A stretch of 64,000 nucleotides of DNA from positions 16,293 to 80,292 of the forward strand of contig JAJRZQ010000036.1 of the NCBI GenBank assembly GCA_024275165.1, written 5' to 3'. This DNA comes from a bacterium. Lineage in GTDB: Bacteria; SAR324; XYD2-FULL-50-16. Positions 9,214-19,276 of this stretch are shown here, one piece after another. The position numbers were made by a program, and so were the translations under genes. Every line of letters starts with the position of its first letter. Position 1 is the first letter of the stretch. The notes under the pieces were generated by a model. That model was not told the DNA's origin. It made no database searches and saw nothing but the letters and a program-made list of their open reading frames with translations.

Positions 9214-10074
9214 ATGCCCTCGCCCCCTCTCTTTGCCGACCTGCACTGCCATTCCACCCATTCCGACGGCACCTTGAGCCCCATCGAACTAGTGGAAGAA
9301 GCCTGGAGAAAGGGGATCAAACTCTTATCCCTGACCGATCACGACTGCCTGAGTGGGTTGCCCGAGGCCGCGAACGAGGCAAACCGCTTAGGGATTGATT
9401 TCATCCCCGGAATCGAATTGAGCGCTCGTTACAAGGGAGGAAACCTCCATATCTTAGGCTACGGCTTTGACCCCCATAACGCTCTACTGAACCAGGCTTT
9501 GGCCCAATTTCAATTGGAACGGGCGCAGCGAAACGCAAAAATGCTGCGCAAACTGCAAGCCTTTGGCTTAGAGGTCACCTTAGAGGAATTTTTAGAGGTC
9601 GCCGGCCCCAGCGCAAGCCCGGGCCGCCCCCATGCGGCTCGTTTGTTGGTTGAAAAGGGCTATTGCCCAGACTTGCAAGCGGCCTTTGCCCATTATCTCT
9701 CTCCAGGCAAGCCGGGATTTGTCCCTAAATACAACTTCGAGCCCGCAGCAGCGATCAAACTACTCCATCAAGCAGGGGGGAAGGCGGTCTTGGCCCACCC
9801 CTGCACCCTCAACCGCACCGCCCAGAGCCTAACTCAGTATGTTGACCGGCTCAAAGCCTCGGGGCTTGATGGGGTTGAAGCCTATAACTCGGCCCACCAC
9901 CCCGAAGAAGCGGCTCATTATCTGGCCTTAGCGCAAGAACTGGGCTTGTGGATTACAGGCGGTTCAGACTACCATGGAGCCAACAAAAAAAATGTTGAGC
10001 TTGGGGAATGGCAACCCCGGCAGATGATCCCCTTCAACTGGATTTCACCCCACATCGCCTCAGGAGCAAGTTGA
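9214..10074 (+). CDS. PHP-domain phosphoesterase (TrpH/YciV-like)
   Basis: PHP metal-binding motifs are present: ADLHCHSTHSDG, LSLTDHD, and IPGIELSARYKGGNLHILGYGFD. I place the start at ATG 9214 (MPSPPLF); the track's upstream M at 9175 is less likely. Confidence 0.75.
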   Translation: MPSPPLFADLHCHSTHSDGTLSPIELVEEAWRKGIKLLSLTDHDCLSGLPEAANEANRLGIDFIPGIELSARYKGGNLHILGYGFDPHNALLNQALAQFQLERAQRNAKMLRKLQAFGLEVTLEEFLEVAGPSASPGRPHAARLLVEKGYCPDLQAAFAHYLSPGKPGFVPKYNFEPAAAIKLLHQAGGKAVLAHPCTLNRTAQSLTQYVDRLKASGLDGVEAYNSAHHPEEAAHYLALAQELGLWITGGSDYHGANKKNVELGEWQPRQMIPFNWISPHIASGAS

Positions 10075-11627
10075 GCGAATTTTTGATTTTGCAATACACC
10101 GACGCGCATGGTCGTTATCTAAGCCATTTGCCGCAAGATCAAGCCATTCGCTTAAAAGGGCTGGACCGACTTTCGACCTATTTGCGACCGGTTCGAGCAA
10201 GCAGAACCGAATACCTGCTCATCGACAATGGAGACAGCATTCAAGGCCAGCCTCTCGTTGATCTATGGCAGCCCCCTCCAATCGACGATCCTCGATTGGA
10301 TCACCCCTTAAACTTGCTTCATCGCGCTTTGGGGGTGCACGCCTTTGTTTTGGGGAATCACGAGTTCAACTTTGGGCTACAGCGACTCCAGGAAATTCAA
10401 GCCCATAGCCAGGTCCAATGGCTCGGGGCCAATATTTTACAAGAGGGGCAACTCGTTTACGACGCCTATGGAATCTTTGAGCGAGAAGGGGTCAAAATCG
10501 GGGTTTTGGGACTGATCACCGAATTCGTTCCCAAATGGGAGCCAACCCAAGCCTTAAAAAGCCTCACCTTTGCCAATGTGATCCAAACCGCAAGGCACTG
10601 GATCCCTAAAATCAGAGAAGAATGCGACCTCTTGGTGGTTTCATACCACGGTGGATTGAATACCAACCCCGTCACGGGGGAAAAGCTCGGGGCCCTTTCC
10701 TTAGAAAATCAAGGTTGCGAACTTTGGGAAGAATTCCCCCAAATAGATATACTTCTCACCGGGCACCAGCACCGTCAAATCTTAACCGACCCGGCGGACA
10801 AAGCCCTCTTGGCCCAAGCCTCTTGTCAGGGGCGTTGTTGGGCAGAGGTGTGGGTGACCCCCCGCCCCTTAATCCAGGTTGCGGGGCAAATCGTGCAAGC
10901 CCAAGATTACGACCCCGACCCGGCGCTTGCCGAATTGCTGCTGCCCAATCTAAAACGCAACGAGAGCTACCTCTCGCAAGTATTGGGCTACGCCGAGCCC
11001 AACTTCCAAATCAGCGACCCCATGACCGAGGTATGGATCCAAAAACACGCCTTGATCCAATGGATCAACGACTTGATGCTCCAGGCGACCGGAGCGGATA
11101 TCGCGGCTAGCTCGCTTTTAGACGCAGAGGTCAAGGGCCTGCCGAGCAAGGTGACCATGCAGGATGTCTTAACCACCTATTTCTTTCAAGATTCTCTTTG
11201 CGTCCTCAAAATAACCGGAGAAATCCTCCAACAAGCCTTAGAGCAGGCCGCCAGCTTTTTTAGCTGCCCCCGGGGGGCAACAAGCTTGGCGGATCTAAGT
11301 GTCAATCCCGCTTGGGGTGACTCGCGGGTCAAAAGTTACAACTATGATTTTTTTGAAGGAATCCGCTACAGCTTCAACCTCTCCAAACCTGTGGGGCAGC
11401 GAGTCACAGAGCTTTTCTTTCAAGAAAAGGAGGTCAAGAAAGAAGACTCCTTCCGCTTGGCCCTAACCACCTACCGGGCAGGCGGCGGGTTTTACGAAAT
11501 GTATGGCCCCCACCTCATCGTGGAGGAATTGTCGGTCAAGATCACCGACTTGATGGCCGAGGACTTAAAAGCCAAGGGAACCCTTCATATTCAACCCATT
11601 CAAAATTTCCAACTTCTTTTTTCATGA
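10008..11627 (+). CDS. Metallophosphoesterase / 5'-nucleotidase family protein (UshA/CpdB-like), apparently cytoplasmic
   Basis: Calcineurin-like motifs are present: ILQYTDAHG, LLIDNGDSIQGQP, and LGNHEFNFG. The C-terminal half resembles the 5'-nucleotidase C-domain. No signal peptide. The true start is probably TTG 10071, just after the PHP gene's stop, since the first 60 nt of the track ORF overlap that gene. Confidence 0.7.
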   Translation: MATPADDPLQLDFTPHRLRSKLSEFLILQYTDAHGRYLSHLPQDQAIRLKGLDRLSTYLRPVRASRTEYLLIDNGDSIQGQPLVDLWQPPPIDDPRLDHPLNLLHRALGVHAFVLGNHEFNFGLQRLQEIQAHSQVQWLGANILQEGQLVYDAYGIFEREGVKIGVLGLITEFVPKWEPTQALKSLTFANVIQTARHWIPKIREECDLLVVSYHGGLNTNPVTGEKLGALSLENQGCELWEEFPQIDILLTGHQHRQILTDPADKALLAQASCQGRCWAEVWVTPRPLIQVAGQIVQAQDYDPDPALAELLLPNLKRNESYLSQVLGYAEPNFQISDPMTEVWIQKHALIQWINDLMLQATGADIAASSLLDAEVKGLPSKVTMQDVLTTYFFQDSLCVLKITGEILQQALEQAASFFSCPRGATSLADLSVNPAWGDSRVKSYNYDFFEGIRYSFNLSKPVGQRVTELFFQEKEVKKEDSFRLALTTYRAGGGFYEMYGPHLIVEELSVKITDLMAEDLKAKGTLHIQPIQNFQLLFS

Positions 11628-11881
11628 GCGAACTCATTCATCAACTCGATAGCGCGGCAGGGCGAAGCCTCAAAGACAAACTGAAGGATTTTTTAGGGGT
11701 TCACCCCTTGGAGCTGGCCCTTCAAGATGGAGGGGTATTGCAGGGCATTGTCTCAGAAATCGGCACAGACTACATTCAAGTCATTGAGACAAATGGAGAG
11801 GAACGGCTCATCGCCCTGACAGCCCTCTTGTGGGTCAAGCCCATTCAAACCAACAAGCCACCCCTCAAACTAGGCTTTTAA
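11624..11881 (+). CDS. Small hypothetical protein (85 aa), ATGA-coupled to the metallophosphoesterase
   Basis: A 4-nt start/stop overlap with the upstream gene; no recognisable motif. Confidence 0.4.
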   Translation: MSELIHQLDSAAGRSLKDKLKDFLGVHPLELALQDGGVLQGIVSEIGTDYIQVIETNGEERLIALTALLWVKPIQTNKPPLKLGF

Positions 11882-12190
11882 ATCAATATGCCGCACCCCC
11901 ATCCAACGATCCCGGAGCCAAAGACTCCCCAAGGTAAGCACCCCGGGTAAAAGCATAAAAAACATCAAGGCCAGCCAAAACCGATGCTCTGTCGCCCCCC
12001 CAAGCCAACAAAAATACGCTTGAAACCCGCCTTTAGGAGGAATCGCCAAGAGGCGGGAAAGCAGTTCTTCAACAAAGGCAAAGGCGTTGACGCAGCCGCT
12101 CCCCGGCCCCTTCACCCAACCGTAGAGCCAAATCGCGCTGCCCCAAAGCAGGTAAACGAACAAAAAAAGTATTGGCCTGGGAAGTTTCAC
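11870..12190 (-). CDS. Possible small hydrophobic membrane protein (about 106 aa from GTG 12190)
   Basis: The frame contains hydrophobic stretches ILFLFVYLLWGSAIWLYGW and FWLALMFFMLLPGVLTLGSLWL. A candidate GTG start with an AAAGAGGTGAG Shine-Dalgarno sits right after the upstream gene's TGA. The track's longer version (to 12367) overlaps the Sel1 gene and is unlikely. Confidence 0.3.
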   Translation of the reverse strand: MKLPRPILFLFVYLLWGSAIWLYGWVKGPGSGCVNAFAFVEELLSRLLAIPPKGGFQAYFCWLGGATEHRFWLALMFFMLLPGVLTLGSLWLRDRWMGVRHIDLKA

Positions 12191-12191
12191 C

Positions 12192-13622
12192 TCACCTCTT
12201 TTGGTGCAGATTACTCCAAACCCCACTGGCATCCAAATACCCCTCGATCCCCGGTGGCAAGGCAAGCGCTCCCTTAAAGCTCGCCCCTTCCAATTTGACT
12301 TCCAATAAAAGGGTTTGCTGTAAATCCGCCCCCTCAAAGCGGGCTCCCTTAAAGTCCACCCGCTCAAAACGGGCTTGGGTCAAGCTCGCCCGATCCAGAA
12401 AGGCCCCCTGAAAATCCGCCTCTAGGGCGACCGCTTGGACCAGCTTCACTCCCGTCATCCGGCTGCGGTTAAAACGGGTAAAGTGCAACTTGGTTTGGCT
12501 TAAATCGGCAAAACTCAGGTTGGCTCCATCAAACTCCGCCCAAGAGAGGTCCGCGCCCATAAAGTTAGCCCCCGTAAGCTTAAAGGGTTTAAAATTGAGG
12601 TAGGTCAGATTCAAGCCGCTCAAGTCTTCCCCGCTAAAATCAATCTGTTCTTTGTGTCGCTCGACTTGGCGCATTAGGTTTCTCAACGACTTTCTCGCCG
12701 CGTCCCCGCCACCGGCACGCAGGGCTTTAAAATACCATCGCGCCGCCGCGCGGTGATCCTCGTTCACCCCCTTGCCCACCTGATAGAACCAACCGATCTG
12801 CAATTGAGCCGGGTAGTACTCTTGGGTTGCCGCCTTTTGATACCAACTCATCGCCTCGTCCAGATCCAAGGCGAACCCCTCTCCACTTTCAAACATTTTG
12901 CCCAAGCGGGTTTGCGCCTGAGGATTCGTTTGCCTGGCCGCCAGCAAATACCACTTGGCCGCTAAGGATAGATCCCGCGAGGTGCCCACCCCGATTTCAT
13001 AGAGCCTGCCTAAGTTGGCCTGCGCCCGAGCGTAACTTTGGTTGGCCGCCTCCTGATACAGGGCAAAGGCTTTTTTCGGTGAGGGAGTAACCCCTTGCCC
13101 GGTTTGGTATAAAATTCCCAAGTTGTTTTGCGCCCTGGCAAAACCCTGCTCCGCCGCGTCGCGGTAAAGCTCGACCGCTTGCCGCAAGTCCACTACCGTT
13201 CCTAAGCCCACTTCATACATATAGCCGAGGTTGGTTTGAGCAATCGGATCGTCATCCTCTGCCAATTCCCGCAATTTAGGGATGGCTTTACGAAAGAGTT
13301 CCGCTGCCTTTTGCTCGTTTTTTTCTACCCCCTGACCTTTTAAATAGAGCAGCCCCAGATTGTATAATCCGATGGGGTTTTCTTGCGCCGCGGAGCGACG
13401 CAACCAAGGGAGCGCGGCACCCAGAACCCTGGTTCCCGTCTCACCTCGACGCAAACTCCCCCCTAAAACCCCTTGATAATAAGAATCGCCCCCTCGAGCT
13501 CTGAGGGTGATTTCTTGAAAGTCGGTTCCGCTACCGGAAATTAAAGGCTCCGTACCCGAACAAGCGAACAAAAAAACCAAACTAAATAAAACAAATAAGG
13601 CTTTCATTTCTTTTCCATTCAA
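12192..13622 (-). CDS. Lipoprotein with N-terminal Sel1/TPR-like repeats and C-terminal pentapeptide repeats
   Basis: The lipobox signal is MKALFVLFSLVFLFACSG. There are about seven Sel1-type repeats (AQxNLGxxYxxGxGVxxDxxxAxxWYxKAA). About 20 pentapeptide repeats follow (ANFMGADLSWAEFDGANLSFADLSQ...). Confidence 0.75.
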   Translation of the reverse strand: MNGKEMKALFVLFSLVFLFACSGTEPLISGSGTDFQEITLRARGGDSYYQGVLGGSLRRGETGTRVLGAALPWLRRSAAQENPIGLYNLGLLYLKGQGVEKNEQKAAELFRKAIPKLRELAEDDDPIAQTNLGYMYEVGLGTVVDLRQAVELYRDAAEQGFARAQNNLGILYQTGQGVTPSPKKAFALYQEAANQSYARAQANLGRLYEIGVGTSRDLSLAAKWYLLAARQTNPQAQTRLGKMFESGEGFALDLDEAMSWYQKAATQEYYPAQLQIGWFYQVGKGVNEDHRAAARWYFKALRAGGGDAARKSLRNLMRQVERHKEQIDFSGEDLSGLNLTYLNFKPFKLTGANFMGADLSWAEFDGANLSFADLSQTKLHFTRFNRSRMTGVKLVQAVALEADFQGAFLDRASLTQARFERVDFKGARFEGADLQQTLLLEVKLEGASFKGALALPPGIEGYLDASGVWSNLHQKR

Positions 13623-13709
13623 TGAACGATCTCCTTGGTTCTATAACCTGCCAAGGAGTACGGTCAACGCAATTCCCCCGGTACAACTCAAACAAAAAAC
13701 GCAAAAGGG

Positions 13710-13745
13710 CTGAAGGAAGCTCTGAAAATGCGGAGGTTCCTTCAG
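13710..13745. repeat. Solo hairpin copy of the MITE terminal motif (CTGAAGG-AAGCTCTGAAAATGCGGAGGTT-CCTTCAG)
   Basis: It contains GGAAGCTCTGAAAATGCGGAGGTTCC, matching the 5' terminus of the 21303 and 54139 elements, and is flanked by a 7-bp inverted repeat. Confidence 0.5.
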
Positions 13746-13795
13746 TTGAATTATTAACCCGGCGGGTATAGGGTTCCTGAGGTTAAAAAACTACT

Positions 13796-13831
13796 GGGGT
13801 CTGGGGCTCTCAGCCCCAGCCTGCGGAGCAT
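13796..13831. repeat. Palindromic motif GGGGTCTGGGGCTCTCAGCCCCAGCCTGCGGAGCAT, second copy inverted at 21221..21261
   Basis: A 36-bp near-exact match to the reverse complement of 21221-21261. The core GGGGCTCTCAGCCCC is a perfect palindrome. Both copies lie in divergent or 5' regions. Confidence 0.6.
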
Positions 13832-13985
13832 GTTAAAATAGGCTTCAAAACAAAATAACCCTCCAATATAGGGTGTTGCTCCAATAGCCTGAGCGAGGAT
13901 CTCATGCTAACCTTGAACCGCTTACTTGTGAGGCCTGCAACCCGTTTCCGGCCCCTGAACTCAACCCCCTTTTATCGGCTTCTTC

Positions 13986-15323
13986 ATGCCCAGCCCAGAA
14001 ACCACAACTTCCACCCCCCCAGAAGAAGTTGCCCCTGCCCCCGAAACAGAACAAAAAACCAAGCAGGAAACCCATTCCGATACGGAAGGGTTCATGACCA
14101 GCCTGAAAGAGGCCAGCGACTTCCCCTTGCCGCAAACCAATCCTTCTTGGCTGGTCCCCCTAGGGGATAAGGGGAAAAAAACTCGAAGTTTATTGGCTTT
14201 CCTGCATAAAAAAGAAGTCTCCAGCGAGCGTTTGCAACAATTGGCTCAATTGAGCAAGGTCGCCGCGGGCAAAGCTTTAGTCGAGGTGCAAAACCTTTTA
14301 AAGCAATACCCAAATAGCCCGGACCTCTATATTTTAGCGGCGATCTGCAAACAAAGGAATATCGCCATGTCCAGCGCCAGTCCGAAAGCGACCCTGAACG
14401 GGCTCAAGGGGGCCACCTTAGATGCCGCCAAGGCCTTGTCTTCTCCTGGAGGGCTCACCATCGGCAACCTCGATAAATTTTTGCAGATCTATAGCGTTTA
14501 CTTTGAACGGCTCAAGCGCTCTCTGGAAAAAACCAAACAACTGCTCCGAAACCTGCCCCAAAACAGGGATCGACAAGCAGCCACCGAGGCCTTCAACCAG
14601 GCTACGCAGACCTACGATTACCTCATCGAGCAACAAAAAAAAGCGAAACTCATCTACGATTTTTTAAAAAAAATCTTTTCTAAATCCAGCCAGCGGAATA
14701 TTCGCTTTGAATATCATGCGGTACTGGAGGCAGTGCATGCCGTCATGCAGGGAGAGGTTAAAAATCCAGTCCTCTACGGCAGCGCCCAAGAGGTGACCGA
14801 TCATGTCTATTACCTGCTCCTCTGCCTCGCTCACATCCCTTTACTCGAACCGCTTACCGAGCATTATCACAGCCTCTACGAGCAAAGCCATGTTTCCATG
14901 CAGGCGCGTTGGACCGCCATCCAACACCGCCGTGTTTTACACCTTTACCACCAAAGTCTGGCGCAGGGGAAAAAAGAAGAGATTCAAAAAATAGCGCGTC
15001 GGCTTTTTGATTTAAATTACACGGTGGTCAAAAAACTTTCGGGGAACCCCTTAAAAAAAGACTTTGAATTTGAAGCTTTTTTAAACCTCGGAAGGGTCAC
15101 TCTCTTAGTCTTTCAATACTTCCCTTCCGACATGCAAAAAAAGATGTTCAACATGGCGCAGGGGGCCTTGGAACTCTGCATTAAGAGCGACGCCAGCGCG
15201 AAGGGGAACAAAAGCCAGCTCGCGATTGACCTAACCAATCTCTTAAACCAAAGCCTGCAACTAGATCGCGAAAAGGAAAACGACCCCCCCCCAACCACCG
15301 AAACGGAGACCAGCCCAACCTAA
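13986..15323 (+). CDS. Hypothetical protein (445 aa; acidic, Pro/Thr-rich N-terminus)
   Basis: A long intact ORF. No motif recognised. The start may be an internal ATG (MTSLKEAS...). Confidence 0.5.
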   Translation: MPSPETTTSTPPEEVAPAPETEQKTKQETHSDTEGFMTSLKEASDFPLPQTNPSWLVPLGDKGKKTRSLLAFLHKKEVSSERLQQLAQLSKVAAGKALVEVQNLLKQYPNSPDLYILAAICKQRNIAMSSASPKATLNGLKGATLDAAKALSSPGGLTIGNLDKFLQIYSVYFERLKRSLEKTKQLLRNLPQNRDRQAATEAFNQATQTYDYLIEQQKKAKLIYDFLKKIFSKSSQRNIRFEYHAVLEAVHAVMQGEVKNPVLYGSAQEVTDHVYYLLLCLAHIPLLEPLTEHYHSLYEQSHVSMQARWTAIQHRRVLHLYHQSLAQGKKEEIQKIARRLFDLNYTVVKKLSGNPLKKDFEFEAFLNLGRVTLLVFQYFPSDMQKKMFNMAQGALELCIKSDASAKGNKSQLAIDLTNLLNQSLQLDREKENDPPPTTETETSPT

Positions 15324-15967
15324 GGCTGGCGGCTTCTTTCTAAGAGTTGCAACAAGCGGGGAATCTCGATCACCTGCCAGTTTTCTTCATTATGGCGCAG
15401 CAAAAGCTCAATCTCTAAGGGGTTTTTTGCCCCAGGGGGGAGCATTTTGATCCAGAGGCTCGCTTTTTTTTCTTTTTCTTTCGTCTCGATCAGCCCCGCA
15501 AAGCGCCATTTTCGAGCGGAGAATTGATGGAGCAGCATGGCAGGGTCGCCCGCGGGCAAATTGCGCAATTCTGTATGTTGCACCCAAGCCAAAAGGCTGC
15601 GTTTCGCGTCAGGTAAGAGTTGAATAATCGGCCGACTCTGAATTTGCCTTGCCGCGGCCTCGCCGATCCAGGTTTTCGCATCGGGGTTGCGTTGCACCTC
15701 TAAGTAAAAGCTATTCAGTATTTCATCGAGGTCAACCGATTCGGCAAACAAGCTTGCGTTTTGTTTTTCCAAAGCTTTGTTGACTAAGCTTAAAGCCCGT
15801 TGGGGGCTGGTGTAGACATACACAACAAACATCGCTACCCCAATAAACATGGGAATCAGCATCGCCGCGATGATCATCCATAGGGGAAGTTTATCCCCCC
15901 TCTCGTTGGAAGTTGATTTATTTGGTCTATTGCTTTTTTTAAGTTTTCCGGTTTGTTTCTTAGCCAT
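15320..15967 (-). CDS. Hypothetical membrane-anchored protein (215 aa)
   Basis: A Lys-rich N-terminus is followed by a single TM helix (LWMIIAAMLIPMFIGVAMFVVYVY). It converges on the upstream gene with a 4-nt overlap. Confidence 0.5.
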   Translation of the reverse strand: MAKKQTGKLKKSNRPNKSTSNERGDKLPLWMIIAAMLIPMFIGVAMFVVYVYTSPQRALSLVNKALEKQNASLFAESVDLDEILNSFYLEVQRNPDAKTWIGEAAARQIQSRPIIQLLPDAKRSLLAWVQHTELRNLPAGDPAMLLHQFSARKWRFAGLIETKEKEKKASLWIKMLPPGAKNPLEIELLLRHNEENWQVIEIPRLLQLLERSRQP

Positions 15968-16088
15968 GTAATTTCATTGAGGTTAAGGCAGTTGAAAAAA
16001 AATTTGTATTTGGTTTGTAAAACAAATTACACTTTCATCCTTGCTCAAAGTAGGTTAAATTTAGGTTAACAACCTCCTCTTCAACAAG

Positions 16089-17888
16089 ATGAACATCAGC
16101 CTACGCAAAAAAATTCTCATTGTCTCCCTGATCACAAGCTTGATCGTCTTGACTTTGATTTTCTTTGCCATCGCATCATATCATGGGATGCTGCGCATCC
16201 ACGACCTTTGGCACAAGCATGAAAATATCCATGCCAGCGCTACCCTGCAACTCAGTGGAATCAATCGCCAATTGGGCTATGGGGGAATGATCCACAATTT
16301 GAAAAACTTTATCTTAAGAAAAGACCCAAGTCTCGTCCCCAAAATCGAAAAAAACTTTCGCCAAATCGACCAACACCTACGCTACCTGCGCCAGATCGCT
16401 CTTTTGCGCAATGAAAAATATTCCCTACAAAAAATCGAACAGACCTTAAAACAGTATCGAAAAAGCTTTGCCTTGACTCAGGTCTTAGTCCGTAAAAACC
16501 TCTCCCCCCAAGAGATCGACCAACAAGTCAAGGTGGATGACCGTTATGCCAACCAGGCCCTAGATGCTTTAACCGACAGCATTGTCGCCCTGAGTCTAAT
16601 GCATCAAGAAGAGTCGGAAAAAGTCCTCCGTCAGGCTGTTTTTCTTTCCATCCTGCTTTTTTTTCTCATTCCCCCAATTGGAGGAATGGGGGTGTATCTG
16701 ATCTACAACCTCAGCCTCACTTCAAAGGCCAACGAAAAAGCGCAAGTCGCGGCCGAAACCAAAAATCGATTTTTGGCCAATATGAGTCATGAGATCCGCA
16801 CCCCGTTAAATTCCATGATCGGGATGACCAATCTACTCTATAAAACACCCTTAAACCCGATGCAGGTAAAATATCTAACCTCGGTACGCAAAGAGGCGCA
16901 GAATCTTTTGGGTCTGCTCAACGACATCTTGGATATTTCCAAACTGGAGCAGCAAAAAATGCAACTCCAAACCGTTCATTTCAATTTGCAAGAACTGGCT
17001 CAAGAGGTGATGGATTCTTTTTTAAGCGAATCCCATCGCCAAGGGTTGAAGCTGCAACTCTTTTATGACGCGGCCTTATACCCCTACCGCATCGGCGACT
17101 CGGTACGGATCCGGCAAGTGATCTACAATCTATTATCCAACGCGATTAAATTTACGACTCAAGGAGGAGTAAGCTTAACCCTCTCCGCTTTAGAAGAAAG
17201 CGCTTTGAAAATTACGATAGAAGATACGGGGAGGGGAATCCCGGAGCCTCAACAACAAGAAATCTTTAAAGCCTTTACCCAAGCGGACAACCATATCACG
17301 AAACATGGCGGAGGAACCGGTTTGGGCATGGCCCTGGTCAAGGAAATTTGCGACCTGCTCCAAGCCCGGCTCTCTTTAACCAGTGAACCGGGCAAAGGAA
17401 GCTGTTTTACCATTGAGTTGAGCTTACCGCGCAGCACCCCTTATTACCTTGCGAGCGACCCCTCTCACCTTAGCCCTTTACGAATTCTCGTTGCCGAAAC
17501 TCAAGAGGAGAGCCGCGCGCTCATCGAATTGCACCTAAGCGAAGCAGGGCACAAGGTCTTTTTTGCTCTGAATAAAGAAGAAGTGGTGGAATGCTGGAAA
17601 AACAACCCCTTCGATTTAATCTTGCTGGATATGCAGATGCCGGAAAAAAACGGTTACCAGGCGGCTAGGGCAATCCGGCGTTTAGAGGCAGAGCGGGGCG
17701 GGCACATCCCCATCATCGCCTTAACCGCAAGCGCCGTATTAAAAAACCCAGAGCAATACTTTCTCGCAGGCATTGATGACTATCTCAGCAAACCCATTGA
17801 CTTAGCTGATTTTGAAGCCAAAGCCACCAGTCTGATGCAGGCCACCCATTCCTTGGGCAATTTGCATCGCCTACAAGAAAAAAAATAA
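16089..17888 (+). CDS. Hybrid sensor histidine kinase (TM sensor, HisKA, HATPase, C-terminal receiver)
   Basis: TM helices at the N-terminus and mid-protein (LSILLFFLIPPIGGMGVYLIY). The H-box is ANMSHEIRTPLNSMIGMTNLL. ATPase boxes are IEDTGRGIP...GGGTGLGMALVKEI. The receiver is ILVAETQEE...DLILLDMQMPEKNGYQAARAIR. Confidence 0.85.
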   Translation: MNISLRKKILIVSLITSLIVLTLIFFAIASYHGMLRIHDLWHKHENIHASATLQLSGINRQLGYGGMIHNLKNFILRKDPSLVPKIEKNFRQIDQHLRYLRQIALLRNEKYSLQKIEQTLKQYRKSFALTQVLVRKNLSPQEIDQQVKVDDRYANQALDALTDSIVALSLMHQEESEKVLRQAVFLSILLFFLIPPIGGMGVYLIYNLSLTSKANEKAQVAAETKNRFLANMSHEIRTPLNSMIGMTNLLYKTPLNPMQVKYLTSVRKEAQNLLGLLNDILDISKLEQQKMQLQTVHFNLQELAQEVMDSFLSESHRQGLKLQLFYDAALYPYRIGDSVRIRQVIYNLLSNAIKFTTQGGVSLTLSALEESALKITIEDTGRGIPEPQQQEIFKAFTQADNHITKHGGGTGLGMALVKEICDLLQARLSLTSEPGKGSCFTIELSLPRSTPYYLASDPSHLSPLRILVAETQEESRALIELHLSEAGHKVFFALNKEEVVECWKNNPFDLILLDMQMPEKNGYQAARAIRRLEAERGGHIPIIALTASAVLKNPEQYFLAGIDDYLSKPIDLADFEAKATSLMQATHSLGNLHRLQEKK

Positions 17889-18035
17889 AAAAATTGATTT
17901 TGCGTTAGAAAAAACGACCTTCTCGCAGACCTAAAGAAGGGGCAGCATCCTCCATCGGGCTCATTTTCCCTATCGAGTCCTTGCTAAAGGGGAACCTCAA
18001 CCCACAAAGCGATTCCACAAAAAACCGAATACCCC

Positions 18036-19187
18036 TTAAAACTTAAAACGATCTAAGGTCTCATTGAGCAGCAGCACCTCAGCGTTCATGCTTTGCCCTA
18101 CATGATCCACCCTTAATATCTTTTCAAAAATCCCTTTCATGGCCTCTTCGTTGCTTGCCGCGTCTTGGGTCGCGCTGATGATCAACTGGCTCATGCCGTT
18201 GATCATGCCCTCTTGACGCTCCGCCGCCGCCGTCACCTTAGAGACCTCCGCGGACACCTCTAAAACTAAAGCGATAATATTGCTGAAAAATTCTTCCATA
18301 CTGCTGATCACCTTGCGCCCCTCGCCGATATTTTTTAAATTCGATTGGGCAAGCGATTCAATCTGATCCACAACTCGGGAGCTGGATTCGGCTAAGGTTT
18401 TTACTTCTCCCGCGACAACCGCGAAGCCTCGACCCGACTCCCCCGCTTTTGCGGCTTCAATCGCCGCGTTGAGAGAAAGCAGATTGGTTTTACGGGTAAT
18501 ATCGCGAATATTCGCCATGAACCCGGTCGATTCTTCAATCGCCGCAATGATATCATCCATGGACTTGCTTCCCTTATGAATCACCTCCCTCCCGCTTTGG
18601 GCAACCTGCTCGGCTTCGGTGGTCTTGATCATGACCTGCCGGATCATCTTCAGCCCCTTGGAGTTGGCGCTAAAAAAAAGTTCCGCCGAATAGGTCATCT
18701 CCGTTAACAGGGCGCTGGTCTTACTGAGCAACCCGACCACTTCTTGCGAAGTTAATTCAATAGATTGGGTCACCTGAGAGAGGTCCGCGCTCGTTTGCCC
18801 CACTAAGCTGGCCGAATGAGCCGCAGTGCGCAGCGTATCCTTTAACCCGTTGCGCATGGTCAACAAAGCGGCAATCACCCCTTTGGGGGTCTCCCCCTTT
18901 TTTAAATTAAAAGAAAAACTTAAATCCCCTGAATTGATACGATTAGCGATACTGCTGAGCTTTCCCGGTTCAGCGCCCAGTTCTTTTTGTACCAACAAGT
19001 TGAGCCGCCAAGCCAGCAGCGCGGTCAAGAAAATAAAAATTCCGGCAATCCACCAACGAGCCAAGGCAAATAACTCCCAACCGCTGGCGAAGCCCAGGAG
19101 AAACAAACCCAAAATAGCTACCAGAAAGGGCAACAAAATCGCCCTTTTCAATTGCCCTTGATGAGAGAGGATCTCTACTTTTTCCAT
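18036..19187 (-). CDS. Methyl-accepting chemotaxis protein (2 TM, no periplasmic domain, HAMP, MA signalling domain)
   Basis: The highly conserved signalling hairpin is LLSLNAAIEAAKAGESGRGFAVVAGEVKTLAESS. Two N-terminal TM helices are separated by only a few residues. Confidence 0.85.
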   Translation of the reverse strand: MEKVEILSHQGQLKRAILLPFLVAILGLFLLGFASGWELFALARWWIAGIFIFLTALLAWRLNLLVQKELGAEPGKLSSIANRINSGDLSFSFNLKKGETPKGVIAALLTMRNGLKDTLRTAAHSASLVGQTSADLSQVTQSIELTSQEVVGLLSKTSALLTEMTYSAELFFSANSKGLKMIRQVMIKTTEAEQVAQSGREVIHKGSKSMDDIIAAIEESTGFMANIRDITRKTNLLSLNAAIEAAKAGESGRGFAVVAGEVKTLAESSSRVVDQIESLAQSNLKNIGEGRKVISSMEEFFSNIIALVLEVSAEVSKVTAAAERQEGMINGMSQLIISATQDAASNEEAMKGIFEKILRVDHVGQSMNAEVLLLNETLDRFKF

Positions 19188-19276
19188 GGAGTGACTACCT
19201 TACAAATGCTTATTTAATCTCTTTATGCCATAAACCCTATTGTAGAAGCAATAGCTTTAGGCTTATATCTCTTTGT

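Noticed and set aside
10622-11110. 162-aa Arg/Pro-rich ORF on the plus strand inside the metallophosphoesterase gene
   Set aside because: It is an alternate frame of a well-supported domain-bearing gene. Its composition (RPRPGA...) is typical of an out-of-frame translation of GC-rich coding DNA.
11870-12367. Track ORF of 165 aa overlapping the 3' end of the Sel1/pentapeptide gene by 176 nt
   Set aside because: The long overlap is implausible. Only the distal hydrophobic part, from a GTG right after the upstream stop, is kept as a low-confidence small membrane protein.
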